NCBI GenBank assembly: GCA_964035545.1
Contig: OZ037766.1
Location: 16,296,722-16,360,721, forward strand
Length of the DNA: 64,000 nucleotides
From: Bugula neritina
Taxonomy: Eukaryota > Animalia > Bryozoa
Reading direction: 5' to 3'
Of the stretch, positions 58,601-64,000 are shown piece by piece. The translations under genes and the position numbers were made by a program. Numbering within the stretch: position 1 is the first letter of the stretch; every line of letters starts with the position of its first letter. Below the pieces are notes generated by a model that was given only the letters and a program-made list of their open reading frames with translations, was not told the origin of the DNA and did not search any database.

Positions 58601-59577
58601 TACCAATAAAATTATTAGCCTCTGTTGAAACTTGAAGGGGAAGCAGTTCTACATATAATATGATTTTAGGTAAACTGGCACAGGTGATAATTGCACAGAT
58701 AATGATGGCACAAATAGAAAAGTAGGTAAAAATGGCACACTTATGCTAAATTTTCCCAAACCACCCAAACATCCCACTTAAAACTCAAACCCCCAACCCT
58801 TAAACCCCAACCCCCATACTCAAATCCCCATCCTCAAACCTCAACCCCTCATTCTAAACAAAAAATCCCTCACCCAGACCTTAATATTATTGAAAATGAG
58901 CCATTTTTATCAACTTATGTACTTTGCCATTTGTGCCATTATTATCGGTGCCATTATTACCTGTACCGTTTTTACCGTGCTAGTTTTACCCACCTGAAAT
59001 CATATAATATAGGTATATAAGAGCAGTAATGAAGAAATAAGAAAACTTGTGATACCCCAACTAAAAACGTAGCAAAGAAATTTAGGTTATCGAAAACATT
59101 AATTCAGGTTGTGCCTCAAACCAACATTTATAAAAAAAATGAAGAAAGTGTTTGCAATTTCTCCGTTATACTTCTTGCACTTAAATGGTACATATACTGC
59201 ACAACTCTTCTGTCTTATATTGCTGTATGTAATAAATTGATCATATGTTGGTTGCAACAGTCATATTGATTATTTTAAACTATGTCCAATAAAATTTTAA
59301 GGAAAAAAATGTTCTTCCATAAACAACCTTTGGAGTTCAGCGAGATCCAACTTACTGTTACAAATAGTTATTGGCCCTAATTTATATGGTACATGTGTTA
59401 ATGACTATCATATATAAATCAAAAGAAAATAATAATGTCATGCCATGAATAACTTTTAAAGTTACTACTAAAAGTCGAACAGTGTAAACATCTACATACC
59501 TTTGATGGATTAAAAGACTCTATCCTGTTGTTATGTTCATCTACACACGACTCACTCAAGGTATCCAAAAACTCCAT
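46634..59577 (-). CDS. Probable upstream coding exons of the HSPA12 gene (low-complexity N-terminal extension)
   Basis: Stop-free GT-AG exons 59577-59500 (from ATG), 58520-58400, 53126-52984, (51036-50987, 47493-47457) and 47046-46634 chain in phase into the core exon at 44696; full model about 946 aa. No recognisable homology, so support is splice sites plus phase only. Confidence 0.6.
47650..47762. repeat. Degenerate 14-bp minisatellite (ACTATGACCCAGTA)n
   Basis: About 8 imperfect tandem units, decaying further to about 47820. Confidence 0.85.
48684..49838. mobile_element. Non-autonomous DNA transposon (about 1.15 kb) with 16-bp TIRs and TA flanks
   Basis: Perfect inverted termini TA-ATAGCTTATTCACACA (48682-48699) / TGTGTGAATAAGCTAT-TA (49823-49840); CpG-rich subterminal regions; internal 32-bp direct repeat. 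Superfamily not determined. Confidence 0.75.
51236..51446 (-). mobile_element. tRNA-derived SINE, copy 2 (older, B box decayed)
   Basis: Reverse complement aligns along its length with 36883-37100 (GGGAGCAGC..TGGTCTAGGGGTTAGAGCA...CATTGGTGATGTTA...TTCCATCAG...AAACTTGYGTGAG); degenerate TSD TGCCCA..AACATTRTAT at 51218-51235 and 51447-51464. Confidence 0.8.
51925..52024. repeat. 44-bp tandem duplication (about 2.3 units)
   Basis: CTTTGGTAA...GCATATTACAGTGTTGCATTATACT repeated in tandem. Confidence 0.9.
58662..59001. mobile_element. Mutator-like foldback MITE with modular inverted arms and a C-rich spacer
   Basis: 9-bp TSD ATATAATAT (58653-58661, 59002-59010); termini GATTTTAGG...CCTGAAATC; arms made of about 14-15-bp GGTAAAAATGGCAC-like modules and their inverse GTGCCATTATTACC; centre of degenerate AACCCC/AAACCT repeats. 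Confidence 0.75.
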
Positions 59578-60980
59578 TTGTCTTAATGGCCACTCATAAA
59601 TTCGTTGCAAGTATACTACCTACTCAGACTACTTGCGAAGTCATTAGGTCAAATCTAAATAAGACAACCGCAGTACTAGAGAAATCAGGTGTTAGTTTTG
59701 GCAAGATTGAAAGTATTGCTATTATAGGTGAAAGCTAACTGTTTCTTCATCGTTCAGGGAATAACGATTATAGAAAGAGGAGAATACATGTTAGTTTACA
59801 TGTTTGCATCATAGTTGATATGGCAAATAGTATGGGAAACTAAAAGGTAACTTAAAATCCGTAGAGATTGAGTAATTGGTCTATTAATCATGTACTTTTG
59901 TAAATGTTTTCACAAATACTGTTCAACAAATTATATGAGTATTTCATGTTTTGTAGACATAAATCATATAAGCTTCAGAAAAGCAAAATCTGGTTAGCTG
60001 CCTTTCTAAATATTATGCTATTCTTAGCAGCATTTTATTCTTGGGTAAAACAGCAACTGAACATTATGAAGTTAATATTTAGTATGAGCAAAGTTAGGAC
60101 ATTATGACACCCTATAATGAGCTACAGGTACAGTTTGAAAGTGAAAAAGACATCGAAAATCAGTCCTTTTGTTAACAAATAATGCATTAATCCTACACCT
60201 CGGCCTATTATTGCACCTAGAAACCCAAGCTGAAGTGAAAGTAGCAATTTTAACTCTAAGTGAATAATTATATAGCACTAAAATTTTTTTGTTAGTATTT
60301 AATAGCACCAGACTAAATATAATTATATTGTTATTTTTAAACTGCAACGCAATATCTATGCTACTAGTACTTACAACAGAAATGATGGCAGAAATAATAG
60401 ACTCCTAGTAGAATAGATAGTTGAGTCCGTTGTACTCCAGTTTAGGCCTTACCTAAAAGCATTGAAATTTTTAAGTAATGTTAGCCAATCAGTTAGCACA
60501 GAGGGTCATTGTTTAATGAGATGGAATGCCGGCTGTTTATAATAAAATATTTATATGACAGCAGGGAACGTAATTACATCACCTTGTGAACTATCAATTA
60601 CCAGCACAGGAACACCCATTATCATTGTTAGAGTGAGCTGTATGCAACGCACTGGTGTCACATTCTTCACTCATAACAGACGCTATGTGCTGACATAAGC
60701 AGCTCTTTATACTTTCAGCTGCCTTCATCTCTGTGATGCAGAAACTGGATCACCGTCGGAGAGTCCTTTGGGTTATGAGTTTTACATATTAATGAAACGC
60801 AGTGAAATTGCATGTGTTAGTGGAGAGAGTATTGCTCACCGGAAGCACCAGTTAGATAAGTTAACTATGGAGATCATAACGTAAAGTTGTGGGCAGAGAA
60901 AGCAGAGTATGAACCTTGCACTTATCCAAGAGTCTGACAATAAAACTCCTAAATTTCAAAGTATGAGAAGTGAAAAATTG

Positions 60981-60998
60981 ATATATATATACATATAT

Positions 60999-61059
<61 letters not shown>

Positions 61060-61179
61060 ATATATGTATATATACATATTTACATGTATATATATATATA
61101 GATGTATATATATATAGATGTATATATATACATATAAAATGTATTTATATATATATATAGATATCTATATATATATATA
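60981..61179. repeat. Compound (TA)n/(TG)n microsatellite
   Basis: Directly visible. Confidence 0.95.
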
Positions 61180-61932
61180 AATCAGCAAATTTATCATACA
61201 ACATCCCCTACACTGCGTTCCTATTGTTTCCCATTATGCAAATAAATGCTGGTAAGGATGAATTTGTGGTTGTGGTTTGCAATTATGGTTTCATTCCATG
61301 CAACTGTTTCCAAACATTGAATGAAAAATTCGTTGCATGCAAAGCTTGGAAACGTAGTCATACAGGATTTCCATTTGAAGCATGGGAATGTAGTAATATG
61401 CTTGTGATTGTAACTGGAAATTATAGTAGGGGTATGCTCTAATGAACCCTTAAAAATATGGTGGGATGCGGTGCACCTCTGTGTGTCTCCTCAACTCGGC
61501 CCCTGGTTTACTCTGAATTCATCACATACTTGACAGCTAGACAAATGGCATAAAATACACTATTAATAACACTCGTTTAACTGTAAGCTGTTATGCCAGG
61601 TTACTGAGAGAAGTTGTTGCAATTTATCGAAATAACCATCTTATTTTTCTTAGTGTAGCCGCGCTCTATAATTTAAGTAATAAGCTAGCAGGTAATATAC
61701 ATATCATGTATATAGCAAGCATGTATGCCTACGGGAAATAAGTAGTTTGTTAGCCAACTTTGAAGAATGCTAGATGCAGCACAAAGTTTGAAATTCATTA
61801 AGTACAGTATTGGTATACACATCATTTTTGAACTCCGAACCCACGACACCAACCTTCGTGCTACACTAAGCGATTTGTGCCATCCTTAGTATTGTCATGC
61901 GCACGCGTCGAAGACTAATTTATTACCCTTTT

Positions 61933-62006
61933 ACACTTGGATGCTCGAACTGCACTCCCAATTTTTCAAGTGAAAAATTGGGAGTGCAGTTCTAGCATCC
62001 AAGTGT
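61933..62006. repeat. Near-perfect 74-bp palindrome (36-bp arms, 2-nt loop)
   Basis: ACACTTGGATGCTCGAACTGCACTCCCAATTTTTCA-AG-TGAAAAATTGGGAGTGCAGTTCTAGCATCCAAGTGT; one mismatch. Confidence 0.95.
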
Positions 62007-62829
62007 TCAGCGGTTTTTCTCAACACATTGACATTGAAATTTGACGTACTAGTACTATTATTATGATTATGATGATATTTTAGCATTGCGGTATAGTTAA
62101 ACTTAATCATAATCATAATGATAATCATAATCATAATGTTATACTTATAGTTATAGTTATACTCTAAGTCTTATACTTATAGTTATAAGTATAACTGTAA
62201 GTATAAGTATGACTATAAGTAGAAGTATGACATTAAGTCGCATATTTAAAGTCCTTATGATAATTATGTTATGCGCGGACATAATCGTATACTATTCGGG
62301 TTCCCGTTAGTTCTAAGCGGTTATACTTATACTTATAGTCATAGTGGTAGACTAGCTCCTGGCATACACATTTTAACATCAATGCTGTGTCATTCGTATT
62401 CGTGACAAACAAATTAAACTACTCTCAATACCGACAATTTGAATCATTGAAGTAGGTAAGAATACTTTAGTGTATAGTATTATTAAACCTTCAATTACTA
62501 TTTAATTATAACTTTAAGTTAGATATTGAAATATTCAAATACTAATACTAATAGTCATAGTGATAGTATTACTGACAGTACCGGTACGTTAATTATTGTA
62601 AATGATTGGTATCACAACACCTGCTTAGCTTGGTTTGTTGTATAAATTTAAACTAGTTTCAACTTTTTTACCAAAACCTATTTAACTGTTTAGTGTTTAG
62701 CTTTAGGCAATAATTATCTTATTGTTAACTGCAAGTGCAAATCAAAATGAAAGTCAAACTCAAACTGAAAACAAATAACGAAGATTAGCTGTTACTTTAA
62801 AATCAAAGTAATAACTTATAATATATCAA

Positions 62830-64000
62830 CAGCTCTTTAGTCTTGAGCCCATACTTGGCTAGATGATTTCGTACTTCCTCAGCACCGACAAAAATCTCCT
62901 GCACCACTATGTTATCAATGTAGTGGTCTGTTGCCCGACGAACCGATCGTTCATTGACAGTATCTTACCAAGAATCCAAGTCATAATTCTGGGTGCCGGT
63001 TCAGAGCGTAGTGCACCCCCTCATATTTATTGACCTGGTACTTCCACAGATCCTTGGCTATGTGAATCTGAAGATAAGCTGCCTTCAAATCCACAACTTG
63101 GAGGTTACTTTTCAACTGTCTCCACTTTCTAATTTTTTCACCACACACCGCGACCTTGTCATCTCCAGTGTGAGATTCAACGTAGTTTGTCAACTCACGG
63201 TAGTCCATGACTGGCCACACCTTGTCCTTACTTGGCTGAAACACTGCAAGCAAAGGGATAACCCCTTTAACTGGGCCCTCCCATCGTTTCAACTAACCCT
63301 TGAAGATCCAGTTCTCCAGTCCCAGTCCCACCAACCACCCGCGGACTTACCAGAGTCCGCTCTCTTCCAGTGTCAACAAGACACGAGAACCAACGGTTGT
63401 TCAGAATGGCCTGAATGTTGGGCATACTGCTACTTGTGGTAGTCCTACTAATTGCCCCAGATAGCGCCAGGCTGTTCCGCAGTACGCATGCATTGCTCAG
63501 AACCTCGCTAATCGATGAAGAGCATGGCCCTCGGCGGTTAACGCCTAAGCTGTGGTATCCATGTTGGAGGATGCGGCACTTCGAGTTGCGTCCTCCGCCT
63601 GAAAACCCGGCTGGTTACTTTCCAGCCTCACAGCCACTGCAGGTGGTTTCGGGCAGTCGTGAACCCAGTGATCGATGCCTCTGCATCGGAAGCATCCAGC
63701 TCTCTTCCGAGAAGAGTTTCTCACGGGCCGTCTGTTGGAAGAAGCCCGCCTGCTCTCGGTGCAATCCTTTACCCGGTGTGCACCCCCACACCAATAGCAA
63801 GAACTGGTACCTGGCTGCTGCTGCACTCTTCCAAAAGCAGCAGTGACTACCCCTGACTGTTGCCCAGACCTAGAACGACGTGCAACAGCCTTACACCAGA
63901 CCAAAGTCGGCCGTGTAGGCACTTTCGAGGGTTACTGCCCACTCGCAGACAGAGGCCGGCAAGCCTTCATAAAACTGAGCTTGAAAGCTCAGTTCTTTGC
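62830..64000 (-). mobile_element. Decayed, 3'-truncated LTR-retrotransposon fragment (gag zinc knuckles plus partial RT), runs off the window
   Basis: Knuckles CYWCGGAHRVKDC and CFRCRGIDHWVHDC; RT motifs KVWPVMDYRELTNYV and DLKAAYLQIHI..DLWKYQ; catalytic motif degenerated to YIDN (about 62910-62921); frameshifts and stops; homology stops at about 62830. Confidence 0.85.

Noticed and set aside
58585-58648. Extra HSPA12 exon or alternative ATG (MAYFT...)
   Set aside because: The donor is strong, but the ATG frame hits a stop with either downstream acceptor; an in-frame route needs a secondary acceptor and has no other support.
59419-59610. PTB/PH-like domain reading of RIYEWPLRQM
   Set aside because: Too short, preceded by an in-frame stop and lacking neighbouring domain exons; better explained as the HSPA12 first coding exon.
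61830-61875. Third SINE head (minus strand GCTTAGTGTAG...GGGTTCG)
   Set aside because: The similarity is too short and there is no body or TSD.

Overview
AT-rich, intron-rich eukaryotic (invertebrate animal-like) genomic DNA; there is no prokaryotic operon or CRISPR array. Three spliced genes can be rebuilt by hand with phase-consistent exons: an RBM24/RBM38 (SEB4/SUP-12)-type RRM splicing regulator (+, 3551-8427, about 226 aa), galactose-1-phosphate uridylyltransferase GALT (+, 22303-28858, about 350 aa) and an HSPA12-family atypical Hsp70 (-, core 34399-44696, with a probable long N-terminal extension up to about 59577). A fourth, divergent multi-pass membrane protein gene (-, about 30254-31910) resembles TMEM82 as recalled from memory. 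The main mobile element is a complete, very young Ty3/Gypsy (Mag-like) LTR retrotransposon (16575-21401, -). It has apparently identical 327-bp LTRs, a 5-bp TSD, a tRNA-Leu-type PBS and an unusual gag/pol junction, and sits about 0.9 kb upstream of the GALT ATG. Other repeats are two decayed LTR-retrotransposon remnants, several non-autonomous DNA transposons (Harbinger-like, Mutator-like foldback, TA-flanked), two copies of a tRNA-derived SINE, and micro/minisatellites. The most notable observations are the gag/pol junction (A7 slip site inside the second zinc knuckle plus an AUGA stop-start overlap), two GC-AG introns, a 33-nt HSPA12 cassette exon followed by a UGCAUG cluster, the PPxY/PxxPxR-bearing HSPA12 extension, and hexamer-periodic fold-back tracts upstream of genes that lie next to LTR insertions. 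I found nothing that can confidently be called a new biological system. All gene models are manual and lack transcript evidence.
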